From Comamonadaceae bacterium (GTDB lineage: Bacteria; Pseudomonadota; Gammaproteobacteria; Burkholderiales; Burkholderiaceae_C), in the NCBI GenBank assembly GCA_947381325.1, contig CANCUP010000001.1, positions 88 through 64,087 of the forward strand: a stretch of 64,000 bases of DNA, read 5' to 3'. Below are positions 38,643-48,133 of this stretch, one piece after another. Under the pieces are notes generated by a model. That model did no database searches, had not been told where the DNA came from, and worked only from the letters and a program-made list of their open reading frames with translations. Each line of letters begins with the position of its first letter. Position 1 is the stretch's first letter. Position numbers and translations under genes: made by a program.

Positions 38643-40034
38643 ATGAACACCGCTGAATTCGTGCTGCGTGGCGGCACCTTGGTCGATGCCACCACAGACG
38701 GCACGCCCACCGACCTGTTGATCCGTGACGGCAAGATTGCCGCCCACTTGGCGCCTGGCACCCCGGTCGACGCCTCGATCCCGGTGCAATCGGCCCAAGG
38801 TCTGCATGTGTTTCCGGGTTTGATCGATGCCCATGTGCATTTCGGCTTTGGCGAAAAGATCACCGAGTACGAAACCGAGACCATCTACGCGGCGCAAGGT
38901 GGCTTCACCACGGTGCTGGGCTACTTCTTGAACAACGAGGCCTACGCCGATGTGTTCAAGCGCGAGCAAGACTATGCCAAGACCCGCGCCTACATTGACT
39001 ATGCGTTTCACTTCAGCACCGCCAACGAGCAGCACATCCACGAGCTGGCCGACTACGTCAAAACCTATGGCGTGACCTCGTTCAAGTACTTCATGAACTT
39101 CAAAGGCGAAGAAGGCCGCTACCTGGGTTTGGATGGCACCGACGACGGCTACCTGTTTGATTTGCTCGCCAAAGCCGCCAGCATTGGCGACGTCAAGGTG
39201 GTGTGCCACACCGAGAACATTGAAATCGTCAACCGCATCCGAAGCCGCATCCAAGCCAGTGGTGGCTCGACGCTGAAAGACTGGGCGATGGCCAAACCCG
39301 CCTTCACCGAAGCCGAGAGCTCGGTGCGTGCGATGTACTTCGCCGAGCACCTGGGCGCGCAAATCTACATCCCCCACATCAGCACCCGCATGGCCTTGGA
39401 TGAGGTGCGCAAATGGCGCACCCGCTACGACAAGGTGTTTGTGGAAACCTGTCCGCACTACCTGACACACACCGAAGACTCGGATCTGGGTGGCATGGGC
39501 AAAGCCAATCCACCGTTTCGCAGTGCCGACGATGTGGCGGCCATGTGGGAAGGTTTGAGCGACGGCTCGATCGATGTGGTCGGCTCTGACCACTGCCCAC
39601 GCAAACGTGCCACCAAAGAAAAGCCGTTGTGGCTGGCGTCGCAAGGCTTCCCAGGCACCGCCACCATCTTGCCGGTGTTGCTGCACGAGGGTTACCACAA
39701 AGGGCGTTTGAGCTTGCGTCGCATCGCCGAAGTGCTGACCCGCGCACCGGCGCAAATTTTCAACGTGGCCCCGGCCAAAGGCAGCTTGGCGATTGGCGCT
39801 GATGCCGACATCACCTTGGTCGACCTGAACCTGGCCCGTGTGGTCAATCCAGCAGAGCTCGGCTCCTACTCGGATTACAGCTTGTACGAAGGCCAAACCC
39901 TCAAGGGTTGGCCGGTGCAAACCATTGTGCGTGGCCAGACGGTCATGGCCCAGGGCAAGATCATGGGACAGCCGGGCTACGGCAACTACATCTTTCGCGC
40001 ACTGGCGCACCCCCATCAAGGAGACACGGCATGA
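38643..40034 (+). CDS. Cyclic amidohydrolase (dihydroorotase/hydantoinase/allantoinase family)
   Basis: Metal ligands DAHVH, FKYF (carbamylated Lys), CHTEN, PHIS and GSDHCP. Confidence 0.9.
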   Translation: MNTAEFVLRGGTLVDATTDGTPTDLLIRDGKIAAHLAPGTPVDASIPVQSAQGLHVFPGLIDAHVHFGFGEKITEYETETIYAAQGGFTTVLGYFLNNEAYADVFKREQDYAKTRAYIDYAFHFSTANEQHIHELADYVKTYGVTSFKYFMNFKGEEGRYLGLDGTDDGYLFDLLAKAASIGDVKVVCHTENIEIVNRIRSRIQASGGSTLKDWAMAKPAFTEAESSVRAMYFAEHLGAQIYIPHISTRMALDEVRKWRTRYDKVFVETCPHYLTHTEDSDLGGMGKANPPFRSADDVAAMWEGLSDGSIDVVGSDHCPRKRATKEKPLWLASQGFPGTATILPVLLHEGYHKGRLSLRRIAEVLTRAPAQIFNVAPAKGSLAIGADADITLVDLNLARVVNPAELGSYSDYSLYEGQTLKGWPVQTIVRGQTVMAQGKIMGQPGYGNYIFRALAHPHQGDTA

Positions 40035-40705
40035 AACCCTGGCACGGCATCATCAGCGACGAAGAGCAACGTGCTTACCGCGCAGCGGGCTTTGGTCGCC
40101 CTTCGGGCATTGGCAAACGCCCGGCCTTGTTGATCATCGATGTGCAATACCGCACCACCGGCACGCAACCGCTGCCCTTTTTCGAAGCGATCAAAGAATT
40201 CCCCACCAGCTGTGGCGACGTCGCTTGGCACGCGGTGGACAACATCGCGCTGCTGCTGGCTGAATTTCGCCAACGGGGTTGGCCAGTGTTGTACCCGCAT
40301 GTGGCACCCAAGGTGCACAGCGAAGGCGGTCGTTTGGCCGAGAAAGTCCCCGCCATCATGAACGTCGCAGCCCACGGCTACGACTTTGTGAAAGAAGTTG
40401 CCCCCCAGCCCGGTGATGTGATGTTGCCCAAAAAGCATCCCAGCGCATTTTTCGCCACCGCACTGACCAGCCATCTGATTGACTTGCAGGCCGACACCCT
40501 GATCATCACCGGCTGCAGCACCAGCGGTTGTGTGCGATCGAGCGTGGTCGACGCCTTCTCCTTGAACTTCAAAGTGTTGGTGCCCGAAGACGCGGTGTAT
40601 GACCGCAGCCGGGTCTCACACGCGGTGAATTTGTTTGACATGGCCGAGAAGTACGCCGATGTCGCGCCCACCCATGAGGTCTTGGAGACCCTGCGAAAAA
40701 TTTGA
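40031..40705 (+). CDS. Isochorismatase-family cysteine hydrolase (N-carbamoylsarcosine/maleamate amidase-like)
   Basis: D-K-C triad in IIDVQ, KKHPSAF and GCSTSGCVR. Confidence 0.88.
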   Translation: MKPWHGIISDEEQRAYRAAGFGRPSGIGKRPALLIIDVQYRTTGTQPLPFFEAIKEFPTSCGDVAWHAVDNIALLLAEFRQRGWPVLYPHVAPKVHSEGGRLAEKVPAIMNVAAHGYDFVKEVAPQPGDVMLPKKHPSAFFATALTSHLIDLQADTLIITGCSTSGCVRSSVVDAFSLNFKVLVPEDAVYDRSRVSHAVNLFDMAEKYADVAPTHEVLETLRKI

Positions 40706-40716
40706 GTTCCCCTTGT

Positions 40717-40740
40717 GATGGCCCATCTCGGCCATCTTTT
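40717..40740 (+). terminator. Intrinsic terminator-like hairpin
   Basis: GATGGCC-CATCTC-GGCCATC followed by TTTT after the amidase stop. Confidence 0.45.
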
Positions 40741-40766
40741 GTTCCATCCACTTTGGAGAGAGAAAA

Positions 40767-41927
40767 ATGAAGCTTTCAAATCGACGTCGTATGTTGGCGC
40801 TGTCTGCCCTGGTCATGGGTGGCGCCGTGTTGTCCAACACGGCGTGGGCACAAGCGAAGGAGACCCTCAAGTTTGGTCTGGCCATGCCCTTGTCGGGTTC
40901 GCAAGCGCTGTATGGCGCCGACCAAGTCAAGGCCGCACAGTGGGCCGTGGCCGACATCAACGCCAAAGGTGGCGTCAATGGCAAACAACTTGAAATGATT
41001 GTGCTGGACACCCAAGCCGACCCCCAGCTGGGCATCAATGCGGTCAAGCGCCTCACCAGTGTCGACAACGTGCCGGTGTTCATCACCGCCTGGAGCGCGG
41101 TGGTCAAGGCCGTGGCCCCCATCGCCAACCGCGACAAAGTGCTGGAGCTGAGCGTGGGCGCGAACTCGCCCGACATTGCCAAGCTGGGCGACTACGTCTA
41201 CACCACCTTCCCTTTGGCTGAGGTGGATGTGAGTGGCTTGGCCAAATACAGCCACACCACGCTGGGCAAGAAGACTGCGGCGGTGATGTACATCAACAAC
41301 GACAGCGGTGTCGAAGGTGCTGCCATCTACAAGAGCGTGTTTGAAAAAGCCGGTGGCAAGGTGGTGGCCTATGAAGCCTACGACACCAAGGCCACGGAAT
41401 TCACCGGTGCGCTGCTGAAAGTTCGCGCCGCCAACCCAGAGATCATCCACATCCAAGGTCTGGTGTCAGACTTGCCCCAAGTGATTGCGCAAATGCGCCA
41501 ACTCGGTTTGCAGCAACGCGTCTCCACCTACTCGGCGGGCTACAACCCCAAAGTGATTGAGCAACTCGGCGCTGCCGCAGAGGGCCTGATCGTGACGTCG
41601 CTGGCACCCGGTGTGTCGGACAACCCCAACGTGGGCGCGTTCATCAACCGCTGGAAAGACGCTGAGAAGCGCGTTCCCAATGGCTTGCCTTACACGCAGT
41701 ATTTGTACGACGGCCCCTACCTGGTGGCTGAGCTCTACAAGTGGATCGAGAAAAACAAGCTGCCCGCCACAGGCGAGAACATGCGCAAGGCGTTGATCAC
41801 GGTGAAGAACTTTGAACTGCCCATGACCGGTGGACTGCAGGTGGGTGAAGACCACCGCGTCAACAAACCGGTCTACCTGTTGACAGTGGACAAAGGCCAG
41901 TTCGTGCCCTTGGCCACCATCAAGTAA
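40767..41927 (+). CDS. ABC substrate-binding protein (Liv/PBP1 family)
   Basis: RRR leader, LKFGLAMPLSG, DINAKGGVNG. Confidence 0.92.
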   Translation: MKLSNRRRMLALSALVMGGAVLSNTAWAQAKETLKFGLAMPLSGSQALYGADQVKAAQWAVADINAKGGVNGKQLEMIVLDTQADPQLGINAVKRLTSVDNVPVFITAWSAVVKAVAPIANRDKVLELSVGANSPDIAKLGDYVYTTFPLAEVDVSGLAKYSHTTLGKKTAAVMYINNDSGVEGAAIYKSVFEKAGGKVVAYEAYDTKATEFTGALLKVRAANPEIIHIQGLVSDLPQVIAQMRQLGLQQRVSTYSAGYNPKVIEQLGAAAEGLIVTSLAPGVSDNPNVGAFINRWKDAEKRVPNGLPYTQYLYDGPYLVAELYKWIEKNKLPATGENMRKALITVKNFELPMTGGLQVGEDHRVNKPVYLLTVDKGQFVPLATIK

Positions 41928-41945
41928 AGACTGGGCAGCTCACTT

Positions 41946-41976
41946 GACCACGGCTGCCGAGCGGCCGTGGTCTTTT
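41946..41976 (+). terminator. Hairpin plus U-tract after the binding-protein gene
   Basis: GACCACGGC...GCCGTGGTC followed by TTTT. Confidence 0.55.
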
Positions 41977-41996
41977 GCGTCAACTAAAGGATTGGT

Positions 41997-42905
41997 GTGA
42001 TTGATATTTCCATCTTGCTGCAGATCATCTGGACGGGGTTGGCAGCTTCCACCTATGCGGTCTTGTTTGCCGTGGCGTTTTCGCTGGTGCTCAAAGTGGT
42101 CAAGGTCTGGAATTTTGCCCAAGCGGGCATCATGGCCTTGTCGTTTTATGTGATGTACGCGGTGCACAGCAAACTGGGTGTCCCCCTGTTGCCCTCAGTC
42201 GGTGTGGGGCTGGTCGCCACCATCGCGGCCAATGTGTTCATGGACCGCTATGGCTTGCAAACCCTGCGCAACCGGAACTCACCCAGTCTGACTTTTTTCA
42301 TCTTCACCTTGGTGGTGTCTGAATTTTTGGCTTATTTGTTGGCCATGATCTTTGGCACCGAGCCTGTGGCGCTGACCCAAAGCATCATGTCAGGGGTGAA
42401 CATCGTCCACGGCATCGTGATCAGCAACTGGGACATCCAGGCGGTGTGTCTGACGCTGGTGGTCTTGCTGGCCTTGTATGGCTTCATCCACCACACGCGC
42501 GATGGCCAGTTCATGGCGGCGGTGGCCGACAACCCTGAGCTCTCACGTTTTTACGGCATCCACGTCAAACGCGCTTATGTCATCACCTTTGTGATCGCTG
42601 GCATCTTGGTCACCGCGGGCATGTATTTGTTTGGCACCCGCGCCTCGATGATTCCCAACACACCTTTGCAAATGATGTTGTTCGCCGTCATCGCCACCTT
42701 GCTGGGCGGCATGGGGCGTATTTTTGGAGCGGCCCTGGCGGCTGTGGGCTTGTCGCTGATTCAGGGCTTGAGCATCTTCGTCATCCCCTCGCAATGGCAG
42801 GGTCTGATCTTGTACGTGTTTTTGTTCATCACGATCTTGTTTTTCCCGCAAGGCGTCAGCATGCATCACATCCAACAACTCCTGCGCCGGACAAAAAAAC
42901 CATGA
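41997..42905 (+). CDS. LivH-like ABC permease
   Basis: Motifs WNFAQAG, AVADNPEL, LLGGMG. Confidence 0.9.
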   Translation: MIDISILLQIIWTGLAASTYAVLFAVAFSLVLKVVKVWNFAQAGIMALSFYVMYAVHSKLGVPLLPSVGVGLVATIAANVFMDRYGLQTLRNRNSPSLTFFIFTLVVSEFLAYLLAMIFGTEPVALTQSIMSGVNIVHGIVISNWDIQAVCLTLVVLLALYGFIHHTRDGQFMAAVADNPELSRFYGIHVKRAYVITFVIAGILVTAGMYLFGTRASMIPNTPLQMMLFAVIATLLGGMGRIFGAALAAVGLSLIQGLSIFVIPSQWQGLILYVFLFITILFFPQGVSMHHIQQLLRRTKKP

Positions 42906-42933
42906 ACCGCGTCATCCAAAAAGGTATCTGAAC

Positions 42934-43806
42934 ATGGAGTATCTCGTTTCATTGGCGGTCTTGGTGGGGATCTATGTGATCCTCAGCGCAAGCTTCAACC
43001 TCATCATTGGCTTTGGTGGCCTGATCAGCATTGCCCACCCCATCTTCTTTGCCTTAGGGGCCTACACCACCGGCTTGCTGGCGATTCACTTTGAGCTGCA
43101 TCCGGTGCTCAGCGTGTTGGCGGGTGGCGCCCTGGCGTTTTGTGCCTCGGTCATGTTGTCACTGCCCTCGCTGCGCATCTCGGGCGACTACCTGTTGATC
43201 ACCAGCATTGGTTTTCAGCTGGGGCTGCTCGAAGTCATCAAACACCTGGGGTTCACCGGCGGCGCCAGTGGCCTGGGCAATATTCCCAATGTGGTGGAAG
43301 GTTCGTCGCGCAGCGCGGTCTTCGCTGTGGTCTCTTGCGCCGTGGCGCTGGTGGTGGTGTGGGTCATCCGCTGGTTGCTCACGGGCCCTTATGGCCGCGT
43401 GATTTCAGCCATGCGCGATGATGAGCTGGCCTTCTCGGCCCTGGGTCGCAATGCGATGCGCATCAAGTTGGCGCTGTTTGCCATGGGTTCCGGCTTTGCG
43501 GGCATCGCCGGTGGCATTTACGCCTATTACTACCAATACATCAGCCCGGATCAATTTGAGATCTTGCAATCGGCCATGCTGTTGACCATGGTGGTGGTCG
43601 GCGGCATGGGCTCGCACCTGGGGCCTGTGGTGGGCGCCGTGCTGTTGCTGTTGCTGCCGCAAGCCATCAGCTTTTTGAACTTGCCCCCCAGTGTCATGGC
43701 TCCGCTGCAAGGCGTGATCTTCACCACACTGGTGATCATCTTTTTGTTTTGGCGGCCACAAGGTCTGGTGGCGCCCAGCCAAAACCCATCGTCCAAAGAG
43801 GCCTGA
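42934..43806 (+). CDS. LivM-like ABC permease
   Basis: Motifs GLISIAH, LRISGDY, AMRDDE, MVVVGGMGS. Confidence 0.9.
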   Translation: MEYLVSLAVLVGIYVILSASFNLIIGFGGLISIAHPIFFALGAYTTGLLAIHFELHPVLSVLAGGALAFCASVMLSLPSLRISGDYLLITSIGFQLGLLEVIKHLGFTGGASGLGNIPNVVEGSSRSAVFAVVSCAVALVVVWVIRWLLTGPYGRVISAMRDDELAFSALGRNAMRIKLALFAMGSGFAGIAGGIYAYYYQYISPDQFEILQSAMLLTMVVVGGMGSHLGPVVGAVLLLLLPQAISFLNLPPSVMAPLQGVIFTTLVIIFLFWRPQGLVAPSQNPSSKEA

Positions 43807-43807
43807 G

Positions 43808-44566
43808 ATGAGCACATTGATCTCACTGCATGAGGTGTGCAAAAGTTTTGGCGGCATTGTGGTCGCCGACCACATCTCGATCGACATCCAGCGCGGAGAA
43901 ATTTTGGGTCTGATCGGCCCCAACGGCGCGGGCAAGACGTCTCTCTTTAACTTGATCTCGGGGCTGTACCCGGTGGACTCAGGGACCATCACCGTGGCCG
44001 GTCAGTCCTTGGATGGTTTGCCGCTGTACCAAAGGGCGCGGCTGGGCGTGGCGAGAACCTGGCAACACATGCGCCTGTTCGCCAGCATGACGGTGCTCGA
44101 GAACTTGCTGGTGGCGCCGCGCGACTACCCGGGCGAACAAATTTCCCACATCATCTTTCGCCCTCAACAAACCCGCACCACAGACCTTGCGCTGCATGAA
44201 CACGCGATGGCCATTTTGCACAGGATGAACCTGCAAGGCATTGCCCACACCCATGTCAACGACATCACCTTTGGTCAACAAAAACTGGTCGGCCTGGCCC
44301 GTGCCTTGATGAACGATGGCGAATGTCTGCTGCTCGACGAGCCGATGGCGGGTGTGGAGGGCGCGGCCTACGAGACCATGAAAACCATTGTTCGTGAGGA
44401 AGCCGCAGCAGGTCGCGCGGTGTGTGTGGTGGAGCACAACGTGTCATTCATCAAAGACCTGTGCAACAGCGCGGTGTTCATGGCCAGCGGCAAGATTCTT
44501 GAGCGCGGCAGCGTGGACACCCTGCTGTCGAGCAAGACCTTGGCTGATTTGTATTTCGGCGCGTAA
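43808..44566 (+). CDS. LivG-like ABC ATPase
   Basis: Motifs [18 protein letters not shown]. Confidence 0.92.
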   Translation: MSTLISLHEVCKSFGGIVVADHISIDIQRGEILGLIGPNGAGKTSLFNLISGLYPVDSGTITVAGQSLDGLPLYQRARLGVARTWQHMRLFASMTVLENLLVAPRDYPGEQISHIIFRPQQTRTTDLALHEHAMAILHRMNLQGIAHTHVNDITFGQQKLVGLARALMNDGECLLLDEPMAGVEGAAYETMKTIVREEAAAGRAVCVVEHNVSFIKDLCNSAVFMASGKILERGSVDTLLSSKTLADLYFGA

Positions 44567-44595
44567 GCGACGTTTAACCAGAAGGAGGAGCCCAG

Positions 44596-45279
44596 GTGCT
44601 TCAAGTCGACCACGTCAACGCGCATTACGGCAAGCTGCAGGTGCTGCACGATGTCTCGCTCACCATCCAAAGCGGTGAACGGGTGGGCATCTTTGGCCAC
44701 AACGGCGCGGGCAAGACCACCTTGCTCAAGAGCTTGGTCGGCGACATGCCGCAGCTCGAGGGCAAGATCCGCTACCAGGAACACCCCATCGTGGCCGGGC
44801 AGGTGCACCTCAATGTGCGCCATGGCATTGGCTTTGTGCCACAAGGCCACAACGTGTTTCGCGAACTCTCGGTCGAGCAAAACCTGCGCATTGCCGGCTT
44901 GATGCACGACCCGGCTTATGCTGAAACCGTGTTCGGCATCTTCCCCATCCTCAAGGAACGCCACCTTCAATTGGCCGGCTCTTTGAGTGGCGGCCAACAA
45001 CAAATGTTGGCCTTGGGCATGGCCTTGATGACCCGCCCTCACCTGCTCTTGCTCGACGAGCCCACCACGGGCTTGGCACCCATCATCGTGCGCGACGTGT
45101 TGGCGTCCATCCGCGCCATCAACCAAAACGAAGGCACCACCGTGCTGATCGTGGAGCAAAACGTGCAAGCCACGCTCAAGCAAGTCGAGCGTGCCATCGT
45201 CCTCAAATCAGGGCGGGTGATTTTTGATGGCCCCAGCCAACAGCTGCTGGAAGAAAAAAGCCTCTGGCATTTGTTTTAA
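44596..45279 (+). CDS. LivF-like ABC ATPase
   Basis: Motifs [27 protein letters not shown]. Confidence 0.92.
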   Translation: MLQVDHVNAHYGKLQVLHDVSLTIQSGERVGIFGHNGAGKTTLLKSLVGDMPQLEGKIRYQEHPIVAGQVHLNVRHGIGFVPQGHNVFRELSVEQNLRIAGLMHDPAYAETVFGIFPILKERHLQLAGSLSGGQQQMLALGMALMTRPHLLLLDEPTTGLAPIIVRDVLASIRAINQNEGTTVLIVEQNVQATLKQVERAIVLKSGRVIFDGPSQQLLEEKSLWHLF

Positions 45280-45282
45280 ACC

Positions 45283-46704
45283 ATGACACACCCTTCAAAG
45301 CGCGAGGCTGCGGCGCACGGACTGCAGGAATTGGTCGGATGGGCCGTGCGTCAAGAATTGACAGACATCCCTGCCGAGGTTCAACAACAAACGGTGCTGG
45401 TGATTGCCGACGACTTGGCCGCCATGCTGTCGGCCCAAGACGAGCCGCAAGTCGTGGCCGCGCACCAGCAGATGCTGGCGCGTGAGCCTGCTGGATCGGC
45501 TTCGCTGTTTCGCCAAGACCGTCCCAAGTTGACGGCGTTGCAAGCTGCCTTGGGCAATGCCTTGTCGGCCTGCTGGAATGAGTTGGACGAGGGCTACCGC
45601 AAAGCGGTCTGCCATGCGGGGCTCTACACCTTGCCGGTGTTGCTGGCGGTGGCAGAAAGCGAACAACGCAGCGTGGCCGAGGTGCTGCGTGCCAGCACGC
45701 TGGCCTATGAAGTGACCGCGCGATTTGCCAGAACTTGGCCATTCAAAGCCATGGCCATTCATCCCCATGCCCTCTTCAATGTGGTGGGCACCACCGCTGC
45801 GATTGGTTTTTTGCGGCGCTTGCCTGCGCAACAGATGATGGACGCACTCTCCAACGCCAGCACCTTGGGGTCGGTCGGCCCCTACACACTGGCCGTGCGT
45901 GGCGCGCTGATTCGCAATGCCTGGGCCGCTGCAGGTGTCTTCAATGGATTTCAAGCCATCGAATGGGCCCAAGCCGGCATTGCAGGCCTGGCAGACACGC
46001 CGCACACGGTCTACCACGAGACCTTGGGCAGCGAAGCCCACACCGCCGAGCTGAATCTGGCGTTGGGCCGTGACTGGGCGGTCAGCTCGGGCTACCACAA
46101 GATCAATGCCTGCTGCCAATACGCCCACTCCGCCATTGAGGCGATCTGCGAGTTGCTGCAACAACAGCCGCAGCTCCAAGGCGGCGCCGAGGTGGTGAAG
46201 ATCGAGGTTCAAACCCACCGCCTGGGCATGACGCTGGACAACGTCCACCCCACCACCACCCTGGGGGCCAAGTTTTCGCTGCCGCATGCCTTGGCGGCGT
46301 CCTTGGTGTTTGGCCATGGCGGTGCGCAAGCCTTTGACAGCCCGTCCGTGACCGATGCACGGGTGGTGCGCTTGCGAGGCTTGGTGCAGATGCGCTTGGT
46401 TGATGAAGCCTTGCCTTGGCCCCAAGATCGGCCCGCATTCGTCACCGTGGTGGACGCCCAAGGGCAGCAGCACCACGCCCATTGCATGAGCGCGCGCGGC
46501 GGCTCAGACCGCCCGTTCAGCGACGCCGAACTCTGGCAAAAGATCGAGAGTTTGTCGCAAGCCACAGCCCCGGGCTTGGTGGCCACCTTGCAAGCCTTGC
46601 ATGCGCAGTGCGCCAGCGCGTCTGCGCAGCCAGCCCTGAACCGCACTTGGTCTGACTTGGTCGACCAATGCTTCACTCCCCAGATCCACCCTTCACACGC
46701 GTGA
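45283..46704 (+). CDS. MmgE/PrpD family protein
   Basis: Motifs ELDEG...CHAG, AYEV, KINACCQYAH, AKFSLP. Confidence 0.85.
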   Translation: MTHPSKREAAAHGLQELVGWAVRQELTDIPAEVQQQTVLVIADDLAAMLSAQDEPQVVAAHQQMLAREPAGSASLFRQDRPKLTALQAALGNALSACWNELDEGYRKAVCHAGLYTLPVLLAVAESEQRSVAEVLRASTLAYEVTARFARTWPFKAMAIHPHALFNVVGTTAAIGFLRRLPAQQMMDALSNASTLGSVGPYTLAVRGALIRNAWAAAGVFNGFQAIEWAQAGIAGLADTPHTVYHETLGSEAHTAELNLALGRDWAVSSGYHKINACCQYAHSAIEAICELLQQQPQLQGGAEVVKIEVQTHRLGMTLDNVHPTTTLGAKFSLPHALAASLVFGHGGAQAFDSPSVTDARVVRLRGLVQMRLVDEALPWPQDRPAFVTVVDAQGQQHHAHCMSARGGSDRPFSDAELWQKIESLSQATAPGLVATLQALHAQCASASAQPALNRTWSDLVDQCFTPQIHPSHA

Positions 46705-46726
46705 ACCACCTACAAGGAAACCCGCC

Positions 46727-48133
46727 ATGAGCACTCCCCAGACAGCTTGGGATATGGAAGTCGATGTGTTGGTCATCGGCGCAGGCGGTTGCGGCTTGAC
46801 GGCGGCCATTGCGGCCCATGACGAAGGCGCCCAAGTGGCGATTGTTGAAAAGCGCGACCAACCCGGCGGCAACACAGCCCTGAGCACCGGATCGATTCCA
46901 GGCGCGGGCAGCCGTTTTCAAAAAGCCGCCCAGATCGAAGACTCGCCCGAGGTGATGATCGCCGACATGGCGCGCATTGCCGGCCACCATGACCTCAGCG
47001 ATGTGAGCGACGCGCTGGCCCACATGTCGGCCGAGTTGTGCGAATGGTTGGTCGACCGCGTGCCTGCACGCATGAGTCTGATCACCGACTACTGCCACGT
47101 GGGACACACCGTGCCTCGCCTGCACGCGCCCGCCTCTCGGCGTGGACAAGACCTGATGGACGACCTGCTGGCCGGTGTGGCCCGGCGTGACATTCCGCTG
47201 GCGGTGGGCAACCCCGTGCAGTCGCTGCTGACCTCGCCCCACGGCGAGGTGATCGGCGCCTTGATTGGCGGCAAAGGCGTGGCATCGACCCGCATCCAAG
47301 CAGGCAAAGTGATCTTGGCCTGCAACGGGTTTGCGGCCAACCGGGACCTGGTGAAAGAGTTTTGCCCAGAGATTGCAGGGGCCGAGTATTTCGGCTCGCC
47401 GGGCAGCCAAGGTGAAGCCGTGCTGTGGGGCCGTGAACTCGGCGCTGGCCTGGCCAATATGGGCGCTTACCAAGGCTATGCCGCGGTGGCCTACCCCCAC
47501 GGCTCTCTGCTGTCGTGGACCACGCTGGAAAAAGGTGGCATCTTGGTGAACGCACGCGGTGAGCGCTTTGGCAACGAAGACCTGGGCTACTCCGGCTATG
47601 CGCGCATGGTGCTGGAACAGCACAGCGAGGTGTTTGCCATTTTTGATGACCGCATCAAAGCCATCGCCGACAAAGAAGAAGAATTCGTCGAGTTGGTGGA
47701 TCTCGGTGGCATCAAGTCAGCCGGCAACGCGGCTGAACTGGCGGCGTTGTTCAAGCTGCCGGCTGACACCCTGACACGCACCTTGGACGACTACAACCGA
47801 GCGGCGGGTGGCCAAACCACCGACAGTTTTGGCCGCCGCAAATTTGGCTTGGCGCCGCTGCAGACCCAGTACTGGATGTGCCGTGTCACACCGGGTCTGT
47901 TTCACACCCAAGGCGGCTTGGCCATTGACACCCACGGCCATGTGCTCAAGCCCGATGGCAGCCGCATTCCCAACCTGTTTGCGGGCGGTGGCGCGGCTGG
48001 CGGCATCAGCGGGCACAGCGGGGCCTTGGGCTATGCCTCTGGCAACGGCCTGTTGACCGCGATGGGCTTGGGCTATTTGAGTGGCCGGGCCGCTGCACGA
48101 GAACTGAAAGCAGCCTCAGGCCATAAGCCATGA
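46727..48133 (+). CDS. FAD-dependent oxidoreductase (fumarate reductase/TcuA/KstD superfamily)
   Basis: Motifs IGAGGCG, GGNTALSTG, HTQGGL, NLFAGG, SGNGL. Confidence 0.88.
   Translation: MSTPQTAWDMEVDVLVIGAGGCGLTAAIAAHDEGAQVAIVEKRDQPGGNTALSTGSIPGAGSRFQKAAQIEDSPEVMIADMARIAGHHDLSDVSDALAHMSAELCEWLVDRVPARMSLITDYCHVGHTVPRLHAPASRRGQDLMDDLLAGVARRDIPLAVGNPVQSLLTSPHGEVIGALIGGKGVASTRIQAGKVILACNGFAANRDLVKEFCPEIAGAEYFGSPGSQGEAVLWGRELGAGLANMGAYQGYAAVAYPHGSLLSWTTLEKGGILVNARGERFGNEDLGYSGYARMVLEQHSEVFAIFDDRIKAIADKEEEFVELVDLGGIKSAGNAAELAALFKLPADTLTRTLDDYNRAAGGQTTDSFGRRKFGLAPLQTQYWMCRVTPGLFHTQGGLAIDTHGHVLKPDGSRIPNLFAGGGAAGGISGHSGALGYASGNGLLTAMGLGYLSGRAAARELKAASGHKP

Noticed and set aside
37536-40019. 827-aa minus-strand ORF, and similar long antisense ORFs such as 26809-28374, 45295-46482 and 16237-17355
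   Set aside because: They lie opposite well-supported genes and show the typical reverse-frame composition.
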